In this document: positions 27,263 through 36,028 of the stretch, piece by piece
How the letters are laid out: every line of letters starts with the position of its first letter
How positions within the stretch are numbered: position 1 is the first letter of the stretch
DNA from: a bacterium
GTDB lineage: Bacteria > Patescibacteriota > Minisyncoccia > JAHIHE01 > DAOWLE01
Length of the DNA: 57,570 nt
Reading direction: 5' to 3'
NCBI GenBank assembly: GCA_030643545.1
Contig: DAOWLE010000022.1
Span: 1-57,570 of the forward strand
Notes under the pieces: generated by a model
Database searches by the model: none
Seen by the model: the letters and a program-made list of their open reading frames with translations, nothing else
Told to the model about the DNA's origin: nothing
Program-made: the position numbers and the translations under genes

Positions 27263-28201
27263 ATGGATAAAAAGAGAATGGGCAGAAAGACAACAGAAAA
27301 GACAGAAAGAGAATATCCCAGAAAATGTCTAGAATGCGGTTCTAAAAATATAGTAACTGGAAATGGAGAAACTTATTGCGCTGACTGCGGATTAGTAATA
27401 ATAGAGAACATTATAGATCTTGGTTCTGAATGGAGCGCGTATGATTCTGAACAAGCAACAAAAAGAATAAGAGTAGGCCCGCCGATGACTTATAGAATAA
27501 ATGATAAAGGATTAAAAGTTCCTATTGAGAAATTTTTAAAAGGAAAAGAAGGACATGCAGGAATAAATACAACAAAGGAACAAAGCTTTATTTTTGCGCT
27601 TTCTCAAATAGAACGAATGTCAAGCGCGCTTAGATTGCCAGAAAATATTAGAGAAGCCGCATCATTATTATACAGAAAAGCAATGCGTAAAAAGTTAATT
27701 AAGGGACGAAGCATAGAAGCCATAACTTCGGCAATTCTTTATATTGTTTGCAGACAATATGGAATACCTCGAACACTTGAAGAGATAAAACAAGTATCAT
27801 GGGAGAATAAAGAGAAAAAAATATATAAAGCTGTAAATCTTCTCTTACGAAAACTTGAACTAAAAATTCCGCCTGCTTCTCCTGTGGACTTTGTACCTCG
27901 CTTTTGTTCTCTACTTGAGTTAAATAAAGAAACAGAGTCAATAGCGTTAGAAATAGCAGGAAAAATAGAATTAAACAATAATGGACAATTACCAACAGGA
28001 GTGACAGCCGGAGCTATTTATATCGCGGCAGCATTAAATGATGATGAGTATCGCGCAAAAAAAGAAATAGCTGAAATCACAGGCGTATCTATTCCTACAA
28101 TCTTTGATAGATCCAAGGAAATATCAAAACAATTAGGCATAGATATGCCTGAAACTAAAAATAGAAAAAGAAGGACAAAAAACTCCTTCTCTTTTTTTTA
28201 A
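27263..28201 (+). CDS. tfb: Archaeal transcription initiation factor IIB (TFB), divergent
   Basis: Zn ribbon CLEC...CADCGLVI; IDLGSEW..YD..Q..KR.RVG.PMTY...DKGL; two cyclin repeats (GRSIE, YIVCRQ..IPRTLEEI, VPRFCS, PTGV.A.AIYIA). Confidence 0.95.
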   Translation: MDKKRMGRKTTEKTEREYPRKCLECGSKNIVTGNGETYCADCGLVIIENIIDLGSEWSAYDSEQATKRIRVGPPMTYRINDKGLKVPIEKFLKGKEGHAGINTTKEQSFIFALSQIERMSSALRLPENIREAASLLYRKAMRKKLIKGRSIEAITSAILYIVCRQYGIPRTLEEIKQVSWENKEKKIYKAVNLLLRKLELKIPPASPVDFVPRFCSLLELNKETESIALEIAGKIELNNNGQLPTGVTAGAIYIAAALNDDEYRAKKEIAEITGVSIPTIFDRSKEISKQLGIDMPETKNRKRRTKNSFSFF

Positions 28202-28242
28202 TTAGAATAAAAAAAAAGACCTCATTTAGAATAATTTATTTT

Positions 28243-28740
28243 TTATCCCATCGTCCTCCTAAAACTCTCTTTCAAATTAGAAACAATATCAAAGTTTTTT
28301 AATTCTTTTGGATCAATCCATTTATATTCCAAATGCTCCCAGTCCAATTTTATCTCGCATTTGTTTTTTAATTTACATAAAACAGGAACAATAATCCAAG
28401 TTTTATTTATTTCAGAATCTATAAATTTATACGATTCCCTGATTTGAATTGATAAAATATTTTCTTTGCTGATTTTTGTCTCTTCCTGAATTTCTTCCAA
28501 CGCTTTTTCCTGAATCGGCTTTACTTCATCAAGATAACCGGCAACCACATTCCATTTTCCCTGATAAGTCCGAACCTTATCGCTTCTTTTCAACAAAAGA
28601 ATTTCGTTTTTGTATTTTATAAAAACAATTATCACTGGCGCGATGTTTGAATTTGAATAATCAATCCTGCCGTCAGAAAACTTCGGCAATTTTTCCGAAA
28701 AATTTTTGATGGTATTTAAAATTTTTTGTTCTGAATTCAT
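28243..28740 (-). CDS. NUDIX hydrolase
   Basis: LLLKRS...GKWNVVAG...ALEEIQEET, LDWEH; likely start MNSEQK. Confidence 0.85.
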   Translation of the reverse strand: MNSEQKILNTIKNFSEKLPKFSDGRIDYSNSNIAPVIIVFIKYKNEILLLKRSDKVRTYQGKWNVVAGYLDEVKPIQEKALEEIQEETKISKENILSIQIRESYKFIDSEINKTWIIVPVLCKLKNKCEIKLDWEHLEYKWIDPKELKNFDIVSNLKESFRRTMG

Positions 28741-28757
28741 AATATTAAAAATTATCT

Positions 28758-29771
28758 TCACCGGCAGAAGCAAAACCAAACTATTAAAAGCAATAAAATC
28801 GTTCTCAAGAGAAAAAATATTTTTAAAATAATCCGATGTTTGTCAGCCCGCAAAATTGCGTACCAGTTCATCGCGTTGACAAACAAAAAAGACCGTAAGC
28901 AGAATTTTAATATTTTCCATCTGTTAAATTTTTTGGACTGCTCTTGCCAATTATATTTTAACTGAATCGCTTCTTTGGCAAAATTAAAATTGAATAATTT
29001 TTGATAACCAAAATTCAAAATCAAATCCATTTCCATCATTCCCCAGAAATTATGCTTATATCCGATTCCTTGCTTAATTTCTTTTTCAACTTCTTCAGTT
29101 GCTTTATTAATTCCTTTGCCAATCGGTTTATCTAAGAAAAATAAAATTGACTCAACAGAATAAATTGCCGCTTTGTCAGACATTTTTAAAGCGATTTTCG
29201 GAAAAAGCAAAGCGCCTAAAACAGAGCAAAAGGAAATATGATAAGGAATTAAAAGCGCTTTTGATTTTTCCCACCAGCTTGGCTTGATGTGAATAATTTT
29301 TCTAATGTCCCGTCCATACAAAATTTTCCCTTCATATTTCATTTTTTGGAAAAGCATTGCCTGTGAAGCAACTAATTTCGCTCCCAAAATTAAATCTCTT
29401 CTTTTTATTTTTCCATTCGTCCAATCAATATCTCCCGGCCCAAAAATTTCAAAAGGCACATAAAGTTTTGTTTTTTCAATTATTTTTTTAATTTTATCTT
29501 TTTTTCCTCCAATAGAACAGGACTCTTCAAATTTTGTCCCGTGTTTTGCGTCTAATTCCCAAAATATTTTATTTGAAAATTCTTTCGCGTTTTCAACCGC
29601 TTCTATTTTTTTCATCTGGATAATCAAGTCCACATCGCTTATTCCTTTCTTCCATTCGCCTCTTGCCGCGCTTCCAAAAAGAAGAATAAAATCCAAATCA
29701 TCGCTGAATTTTTCAGCCAACTTTTGGCAAAATTCTCTTAAAAAATTTTGAACTAATTGCTGGTTTTCCAT
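28758..29771 (-). CDS. Nucleotidyltransferase-domain (Pol-beta/MNT-like) protein
   Basis: ILLFGSAARGE....SDVDL. Confidence 0.8.
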   Translation of the reverse strand: MENQQLVQNFLREFCQKLAEKFSDDLDFILLFGSAARGEWKKGISDVDLIIQMKKIEAVENAKEFSNKIFWELDAKHGTKFEESCSIGGKKDKIKKIIEKTKLYVPFEIFGPGDIDWTNGKIKRRDLILGAKLVASQAMLFQKMKYEGKILYGRDIRKIIHIKPSWWEKSKALLIPYHISFCSVLGALLFPKIALKMSDKAAIYSVESILFFLDKPIGKGINKATEEVEKEIKQGIGYKHNFWGMMEMDLILNFGYQKLFNFNFAKEAIQLKYNWQEQSKKFNRWKILKFCLRSFLFVNAMNWYAILRADKHRIILKIFFLLRTILLLLIVWFCFCR

Positions 29772-29866
29772 AATAAATTATTTTAAATTTAAAAACACTT
29801 ATATTTTTATTTTATCAAACTTATGTCCTGTTGCCAATTAAAAAAAATAAAACTATAATATAGATA

Positions 29867-30646
29867 ATGGCAAAAATTATTACTCTAACTAATCAAAAAG
29901 GAGGCACTGGCAAAACAACCAGCGCCGTGAATTTAGCGGCTTATTTGGCAGCCAAAGGCAAGCTCGTTCTTTTGGTTGACCTTGATCCTCAGGCAAACGC
30001 CACCAGCGGAATCGGCTTCAATCCAAAAGAAGTTTCAAAAAGCTTGTATCATTTTATTTCAGAATTGGAAGATTTTCCAAAAATAATCAGGAAAACAAAA
30101 ATTTTCGGATTGGAAATTCTGCCGGCTAATCAGGACTTAGCCGGATCAACGATTGAATTGATAAATCAGGAAGAGCGCGAATTCAAGTTGAAATTTGCTT
30201 TGGAAAAGCTTGCGAATAATTATGATTATATTTTGATTGACTGTCCGCCAAGTTTGGGAATTCTGACTATTAACGGATTGGTGGCTGCTCAGGAAATAAT
30301 TATTCCGGTTCAATGCGAATATTACGCGCTTGAAGGATTGAGCCAGCTTTTGGAAACAATAAATTTAATCAAGGAAAATCTTGAGCCGAATTTAGAAATT
30401 ATGGGTGCGCTTTTGACAATGTATGATTCCCGCAACCAGCTTTCCCATCAGGTGGCAAAAGAAATTTACCGCCATTTTCCCGGCCGGGTTTTTGACGCGG
30501 TTATTCCGAGAAATGTAAGTTTGGCAGAATCCCCGAGCCATGGGCTTTCCATTCTTGAATATGATTCTTTTTCCAAAGGTGCCAAAGCATATCGGCAATT
30601 AGCAGAGGAAGTTATTGAATTAGAGAAAAAGCATCTTAACATATGA
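29867..30646 (+). CDS. parA: Chromosome partitioning ATPase ParA/Soj
   Basis: NQKGGTGKTT, DLDPQANAT, DCPPSLG, PVQCEYYALEG, IPRNVSLAESPS. Confidence 0.97.
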   Translation: MAKIITLTNQKGGTGKTTSAVNLAAYLAAKGKLVLLVDLDPQANATSGIGFNPKEVSKSLYHFISELEDFPKIIRKTKIFGLEILPANQDLAGSTIELINQEEREFKLKFALEKLANNYDYILIDCPPSLGILTINGLVAAQEIIIPVQCEYYALEGLSQLLETINLIKENLEPNLEIMGALLTMYDSRNQLSHQVAKEIYRHFPGRVFDAVIPRNVSLAESPSHGLSILEYDSFSKGAKAYRQLAEEVIELEKKHLNI

Positions 30647-30672
30647 ACATTTTAACATATTAACAAAATCTT

Positions 30673-31545
30673 ATGGCAAAAAATAGTTTGGGTAGGGGAT
30701 TATCTTCTTTGATTCCCAAAAAGCCCTTGCAAAAAACAAAAACAAATTTAGAAACTTCGGAAAATGAAGAAAAAAATGGAATCGCTTTTATTAATGTTGA
30801 AAAAATTATTCCTAATCCTCATCAGCCGCGTCAGGATTTTAATCTGGAAAAAATTCAGGAACTATCCGACTCAATTAGAGAGCACGGGATTCTGGAGCCG
30901 CTGATTGTCAGTAAAAAAAATTCCCAATGGGAATTAATCGCCGGAGCGCGGCGGCTTGAAGCGGCAAAAAAAGCCGGACTCAAACAAGCGCCGGCGATTA
31001 TCCGCGAAGTTAATGATGAGCAAAAATTGGAAATAGCTTTGGTGGAAAATATCCAAAGGGACTCGCTTAATCCGATTGAAGAAGCGCGCGCTTATCAAAG
31101 TTTGTCCAAGCAGTTTAATTTAACGCAGGAAAAAATCAGCCAGAAAACCGGAAAAAGTAGGACGGTTATCGCCAATACTTTGAGATTATTAAGTTTGCCT
31201 TTGGAAATTCAGAAAGGATTGATTTCTGGAAAAATCAGCGAAGGCCACGGACGAGTGATTTTATCTCTTTCTTTTCCGGAAAAACAAAGGGCGCTCTATC
31301 AAGAAATCATCAGGTCAAATCTGACTGTCCGCCAAGCCGAAGAAAAAGCCAAAAAACTTTCCGACCCGTTTTTTATAAAAAGGATTAAAAAAATTGATCC
31401 GGATATTGAAGAAAAAGAAGAAGTCCTCTCGCAGTCGTTAGGAACAAAGGCATCCATCCAAAAATTCAGCAAAGGCGGAAAGATTGTAATTAGTTTTTAT
31501 TCAAGAGAAGAGTTGGAAAGTTTAATTAATAAAATTGCAAATTAA
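30673..31545 (+). CDS. parB: Chromosome partitioning protein ParB/Spo0J
   Basis: LGRGLSSLI, PNPHQPR, LIAGARR, ENIQRDSLNPIEEA, GKSRTVIANTLRLL. Confidence 0.97.
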   Translation: MAKNSLGRGLSSLIPKKPLQKTKTNLETSENEEKNGIAFINVEKIIPNPHQPRQDFNLEKIQELSDSIREHGILEPLIVSKKNSQWELIAGARRLEAAKKAGLKQAPAIIREVNDEQKLEIALVENIQRDSLNPIEEARAYQSLSKQFNLTQEKISQKTGKSRTVIANTLRLLSLPLEIQKGLISGKISEGHGRVILSLSFPEKQRALYQEIIRSNLTVRQAEEKAKKLSDPFFIKRIKKIDPDIEEKEEVLSQSLGTKASIQKFSKGGKIVISFYSREELESLINKIAN

Positions 31546-31554
31546 ATTTATATA

Positions 31555-31582
31555 GTAGGGAGCGAAAATTTTCGTTCCCTGT
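31555..31582. repeat. GTAG-family REP-like palindrome
   Basis: GTAGGGAGCGAAAATTTTCGTTCCCT. Confidence 0.65.
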
Positions 31583-31592
31583 ATTTTTTATA

Positions 31593-33167
31593 ATGAAATT
31601 AAATTTTGAATCAAAAACAATAGCCTCCGGAGCAATTATTATTGCCTGCGCGACATTAGTCAGCAAAATTTTTGGCTTAATTCGTGAAAGAATTTTCGCC
31701 GGACAATTTGGCGCCGGCGATATAATGGACATTTATCAGGTTGCTTTTCGGGCGCCTGATTTTGTTTTTAATCTTTTGGTTCTGGGCGCGATTTCCGCCG
31801 GGTTTATTCCGGTTTTTACCGGATATTTAAAAAAGAAAAAAGAAGACCAGGAAATCTGGAATTTAGTGAACAATCTTTTGAATATTATGGTAGTCGGATT
31901 AATCGCTGTCTGCGCTTTTTTGGCAATCATCACTCCTTTTTTAATTCCTTTAATCGCTCCGGGTTTTTCCCAGGAAAAAATTCAGCTTGCGATCGGAATG
32001 ACCCGGATAATGTTTTTAAGCCCGATATTTTTGGGAATCAGCAGTATTTTCGGCGGCATACTAAACTCTTTCCGTAGATTTTTCATCTATTCTTTGGCGC
32101 CGATTTTTTATAATATTGGAATTATTATCGGCGTTTTATTTTTTTACCAATGGTGGGGAATTTACGGATTAGCGGCCGGAGTCGCTTTCGGAGCTTTTCT
32201 GCACTTGGCAATTCAAATTCCCGCGGCGTACCAATTAGGTTTTCGCTGGAAAAATATTTTTGATTTTTCTTCGCCGGGAATCCGCCAAATTGCCAGAATG
32301 ATGGTTCCGCGAACTCTTGCTCTGGCTATTTCCCAAATTAATCTTTTGGCAATTACCATAATCGCCTCAACTTTGGCCAGCGGAAGCATCGCTGTTTTTC
32401 ATTACGCCAACAATCTCCAATCGTTCCCATTGGGTATTGTCGGAATTTCTTTTTCAATCGCCGCTTTTCCGTTTTTGTCTTCCCGAGCCGCCGATAAAAA
32501 AACAAAAGAATTCGTTTTCGCGCTTTCTTCAACAATCAGGCAGATTCTTTTTTTAATTATTCCAGCAAGCGTTTTGATTTTTATTCTGCGCGCCCAGATT
32601 GTCCGTATAATTCTGGGAACTGGAAATTTTGACTGGACTGACACAAAACTGACTTTAAGCTGTTTGGGTATTTTTTCTTTTTCTCTTTTTGCTCAGGCCT
32701 TAATTCCTCTTTTTGCTCGCGCCTTTTTTGCTTATCAAGACGCGCGCACTCCGTTTTTTACCGGCATGGTAAGCGTTTCATTAAATATTATTTTAGCTTT
32801 ATCTTTTGTTTCACATCTGGGCATTGTCGGTTTGGTTCTGGCGTTTTCAATTTCAAGCATTTTTAATCTGATTTTGCTTTATTTATTTTTAAGGTTAAAA
32901 ATCGGATTTTTTGACGAAAAAAATATTTTTCAAATGATTCTTAAAATAATTCCTTCGTCTTTATTGGCCGGATTTTTTTCCTGGAAAACTTTATACCTAA
33001 TTGAACCGTTTTTAAACACCAGAACCGGTCTGGGAATTTTAATCCAAGCGCTTGTCGCTGGATTTGCCGGCATAGGAATCTATTTTATTTGCTGCTATCT
33101 TTTAAAAGTAAAAGAAATCTTTTCTTTGAAAAATTTGATTTTAAGATCGTTTGTAAATTTTAAATAA
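31593..33167 (+). CDS. murJ: Lipid II flippase MurJ/MviN
   Basis: SKIFGLIRE, AFRAPD, GAISAGFIPVF, RAFFAYQDARTP; about 13-14 TM helices. Confidence 0.95.
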   Translation: MKLNFESKTIASGAIIIACATLVSKIFGLIRERIFAGQFGAGDIMDIYQVAFRAPDFVFNLLVLGAISAGFIPVFTGYLKKKKEDQEIWNLVNNLLNIMVVGLIAVCAFLAIITPFLIPLIAPGFSQEKIQLAIGMTRIMFLSPIFLGISSIFGGILNSFRRFFIYSLAPIFYNIGIIIGVLFFYQWWGIYGLAAGVAFGAFLHLAIQIPAAYQLGFRWKNIFDFSSPGIRQIARMMVPRTLALAISQINLLAITIIASTLASGSIAVFHYANNLQSFPLGIVGISFSIAAFPFLSSRAADKKTKEFVFALSSTIRQILFLIIPASVLIFILRAQIVRIILGTGNFDWTDTKLTLSCLGIFSFSLFAQALIPLFARAFFAYQDARTPFFTGMVSVSLNIILALSFVSHLGIVGLVLAFSISSIFNLILLYLFLRLKIGFFDEKNIFQMILKIIPSSLLAGFFSWKTLYLIEPFLNTRTGLGILIQALVAGFAGIGIYFICCYLLKVKEIFSLKNLILRSFVNFK

Positions 33168-33173
33168 AAAAAT

Positions 33174-33842
33174 ATGAATATTAAATTAAATTATCTATTA
33201 ATTCCTCTCCTTGTTGTCTTATTGGCAGGAAATGTTTTGTTTTATTTTAAAATTGGTGAATTGGAAGAAGAAATTAAAAAAGTTGGCCAATATCAATATA
33301 AAAATCAATCATTGCCTGTTGAGAAAAACGAGAATCAAGATCAAAGCGACAATGTCATATACAAAACTTTTTCTTCCCCCAAAGCGAATTTTACTTTTGA
33401 ATATCCAAGTACGTGGGCGTATGATGAAAAAGAATATGAAAGGGAAGTTAACAATACAACGATTTGGGGGTTTTATCCAAACTTGGAAGATAATTATAGA
33501 AATAGACCGCCTTATCTTGAGGTTAGTTCTCCAGCCTATGAAGTGGTGGATTTTTGCTCAGGTGGACCTGATACAGCGAAGGGAGATCCTTACGGTTTTA
33601 CTATCTCTGTTTTTCCAACGAATGATCCCAAAACTTTTGTTACTTATGAACAATGCGGCGCAGACGGAGGAAACGGAGATGGTGGTTATATTTATTGGCA
33701 AAAAGGTAAATATTTTGCAAATGCCACAGATATAGGTATAGATAATATTTACAAAGTCAATATTATGATATGTCACGGTTCAGATGAATTAAAAGGAAAA
33801 AAAGTCGCCCAACGTATAGCCAAAAGCATAAAAATAAAATAG
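33174..33842 (+). CDS. Hypothetical exported or membrane-anchored protein
   Basis: N-terminal hydrophobic helix; YKTFSSPKANFTFEYPSTW. Confidence 0.7.
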   Translation: MNIKLNYLLIPLLVVLLAGNVLFYFKIGELEEEIKKVGQYQYKNQSLPVEKNENQDQSDNVIYKTFSSPKANFTFEYPSTWAYDEKEYEREVNNTTIWGFYPNLEDNYRNRPPYLEVSSPAYEVVDFCSGGPDTAKGDPYGFTISVFPTNDPKTFVTYEQCGADGGNGDGGYIYWQKGKYFANATDIGIDNIYKVNIMICHGSDELKGKKVAQRIAKSIKIK

Positions 33843-33921
33843 AATTATTTATTAATTAAAAAAAGCCGAGAATAAAAAAATAAATCTCGGCTTTTAATTT
33901 TGGTTATTCTTAAATTTTAAT

Positions 33922-35001
33922 TTAAAGTTTCAAAGCTTCAACCATTTGTTTAATCAAAGCAACAGCAACCGGCGGGGCAAGCAAACTGTAAGAAGGAACT
34001 CCATTATCATCCGGAATTTCCCATGACTTTTCAATGATTTTTACTTTTTTCTCATTTTTCTCCCATTGATAAACATACTCCGGAGTAATTTCATAATCAT
34101 CAACATAATTATTCGCTTCTTCAACCGAAACCGAATTTTTTAAAAGAATTTTCGGAATGCCGTAAAGCGAAAACGCCTGTTTGATTAATTTTTCATCCAA
34201 AGCCAGACGGTCTTTAATTGTTTCTATCCCCAATTCGTCGCCTTCTTTTGAAACCATCCGCGCTTCCTGACATTTTGGATTTTCACAGATGAGATAAAAC
34301 TTTTTTTCATTTGCGTCATATTCAATTTTTTGCGTAGGAAATAATTTTAAATTTCTCGGCGTGTGGCATTTCGGACAAATTCGACGGTATTTAATTCTCT
34401 CGTCAATCACCGTTTCCGGAACATCAATCAAAACAAAAACATCCGGATCCTCGCGGTAATTAATTAAATCGCGGAAAAACAAAGAATATGAAATCTGGTC
34501 CATTTCTCTTGGAAATCCGTCAATAAAAAGCGCTTTCTTGCCCATTCCATCTATTTCCCTTTTTGCTAAAAATAAAATAAATTCTGTTGGCAAAAGCGTT
34601 TTAGTGTCCCGGGAAAGCAAATTTTCCATTGCTTTTTCCGGAGAAATATAACCGCGGTAATTTTTTTTAAGAAATTTTGCCAGTTCTTCTTTTTTATCCG
34701 GGTTATCTATAATTTCCTGATGAACTTTTCTAACAACATCGCCGATAGAAATATGGGTTACCCTTTTTGGGTCAATAATTTCCTGAAATAATTTTGCGTA
34801 AGTTCCTTTGCCTGAATTTTTCTTGCCAAGGAGATAAGCGATAAAAGTATTTCCGGAATTTAAGTAATCTTTCAATTTTTGGATTTCTTTTCCAGCTTTT
34901 AAATTAAAATATTCCAATCGCTCTTCTGGATTGGATAAATTAAATTTTTTTTCTTGATTATCTGATTTGGTTTTGAAAATTGGAAAATTAATGTCTTTCA
35001 T
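33922..35001 (-). CDS. Nucleoside monophosphate (adenylate) kinase-like protein, long form
   Basis: GKKNSGKGT P-loop, HISIGD, FIDGFPR, RRICPKC Zn-lid. Confidence 0.8.
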   Translation of the reverse strand: MKDINFPIFKTKSDNQEKKFNLSNPEERLEYFNLKAGKEIQKLKDYLNSGNTFIAYLLGKKNSGKGTYAKLFQEIIDPKRVTHISIGDVVRKVHQEIIDNPDKKEELAKFLKKNYRGYISPEKAMENLLSRDTKTLLPTEFILFLAKREIDGMGKKALFIDGFPREMDQISYSLFFRDLINYREDPDVFVLIDVPETVIDERIKYRRICPKCHTPRNLKLFPTQKIEYDANEKKFYLICENPKCQEARMVSKEGDELGIETIKDRLALDEKLIKQAFSLYGIPKILLKNSVSVEEANNYVDDYEITPEYVYQWEKNEKKVKIIEKSWEIPDDNGVPSYSLLAPPVAVALIKQMVEALKL

Positions 35002-35007
35002 AATTTT

Positions 35008-35874
35008 TTACTTTTCATTTTGAATTTTAAAGTCATTTTCTTTAAATATAATTTTAACATCCCCATCAATATCTGTACGATACACTTTTATTTTTTTCCT
35101 GTCAAGTTTTTCCAATACTTCTTTAGTCGGCATACCCCAACTATTTTTCCCAACGGAAATTATCGCTGTTTCCGGCGAAACTTCCTTTAGAAAATTTTCT
35201 GAAGTGGAATATTTGCTTCCGTGATGGGCAATTTTTAAAAAATCGCTTTGAAGATTAAAATTATTTTCAACTAACTTTCCTTCCGATTTTGAAGTAATAT
35301 CGCCTGTTAAAAGAACAGAATTTTTTCCAACAATAAATTTAGCGACAATAGAAGCATCGTTTTTATTCTCTACATTTTCTCCAGATAAATTTTCCAAAGG
35401 GTTGAGAATCCCCAAAAAAATATTATCGCCGATAAAAATTGTTTGCCCTGTTTGAGCAATCTCCACCTGTATTTTCTTTTCTTTAATTTCTTTTTGCCAT
35501 ATTTGACAAACTTCTGTTGAACATTCAATTCCGGTTGTTAAAATCTTATCTACTTTGTAGCGTTTAACAACTTCTATTAATCCGCTAATATGATCTTTAT
35601 CTGGATGAGTTAGAATAATCAACTCAATTTTTTTATCGTAAAACGGCAGAGTTTTACCTAATTTATCAACAACAGAATTATTTGGGCCGCCGTCAATTAA
35701 AATCTGCTGATTATTTTTTGCGTTTATTAAAATGGAATCGCCTTGCCCTATATCAAAGAAAATTATTTCCAATTTTTGGTTTTCAAGCGAAAAAACCGCT
35801 ATCCAGATTAAAATAACAATTAAAAATAAAATTCCTAAAACAATATAAGCAATTTTTTTCATTTGTGAATTCAT
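35008..35874 (-). CDS. ComEC/Rec2-like metallo-beta-lactamase-fold competence protein
   Basis: FFDIGQGDS, IDGG, LTHPDKDHISG, LLTGD, IAHHGS. Confidence 0.9.
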   Translation of the reverse strand: MNSQMKKIAYIVLGILFLIVILIWIAVFSLENQKLEIIFFDIGQGDSILINAKNNQQILIDGGPNNSVVDKLGKTLPFYDKKIELIILTHPDKDHISGLIEVVKRYKVDKILTTGIECSTEVCQIWQKEIKEKKIQVEIAQTGQTIFIGDNIFLGILNPLENLSGENVENKNDASIVAKFIVGKNSVLLTGDITSKSEGKLVENNFNLQSDFLKIAHHGSKYSTSENFLKEVSPETAIISVGKNSWGMPTKEVLEKLDRKKIKVYRTDIDGDVKIIFKENDFKIQNEK

Positions 35875-35899
35875 ATTTTCATAATAACTGAAATTTCAT

Positions 35900-35930
35900 T
35901 TATTCACAATTCATCCACAGGTTATTGACA
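35900..35930. promoter_or_regulatory. DnaA boxes upstream of dnaA
   Basis: TTATTCACA 35900-35908, TCATCCACA 35911-35919. Confidence 0.7.
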
Positions 35931-36028
35931 GCATCTTTTATTTAAGCTATTTTAATATTAGGAATTGAATGTGTTATAATAATAATGCTTAAAGCTTTTT
36001 ATATTTTTAAAATTTTAAAATAAAAAAA

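Noticed and set aside
19749-28210. Archaeal contig chimera or prophage as the source of the archaeal genes
   Set aside because: The units are interleaved with resident genes and parS, share repeat families with the rest of the window and use bacterial promoters. No phage structural genes or integrase are present. Read-level confirmation is still needed.
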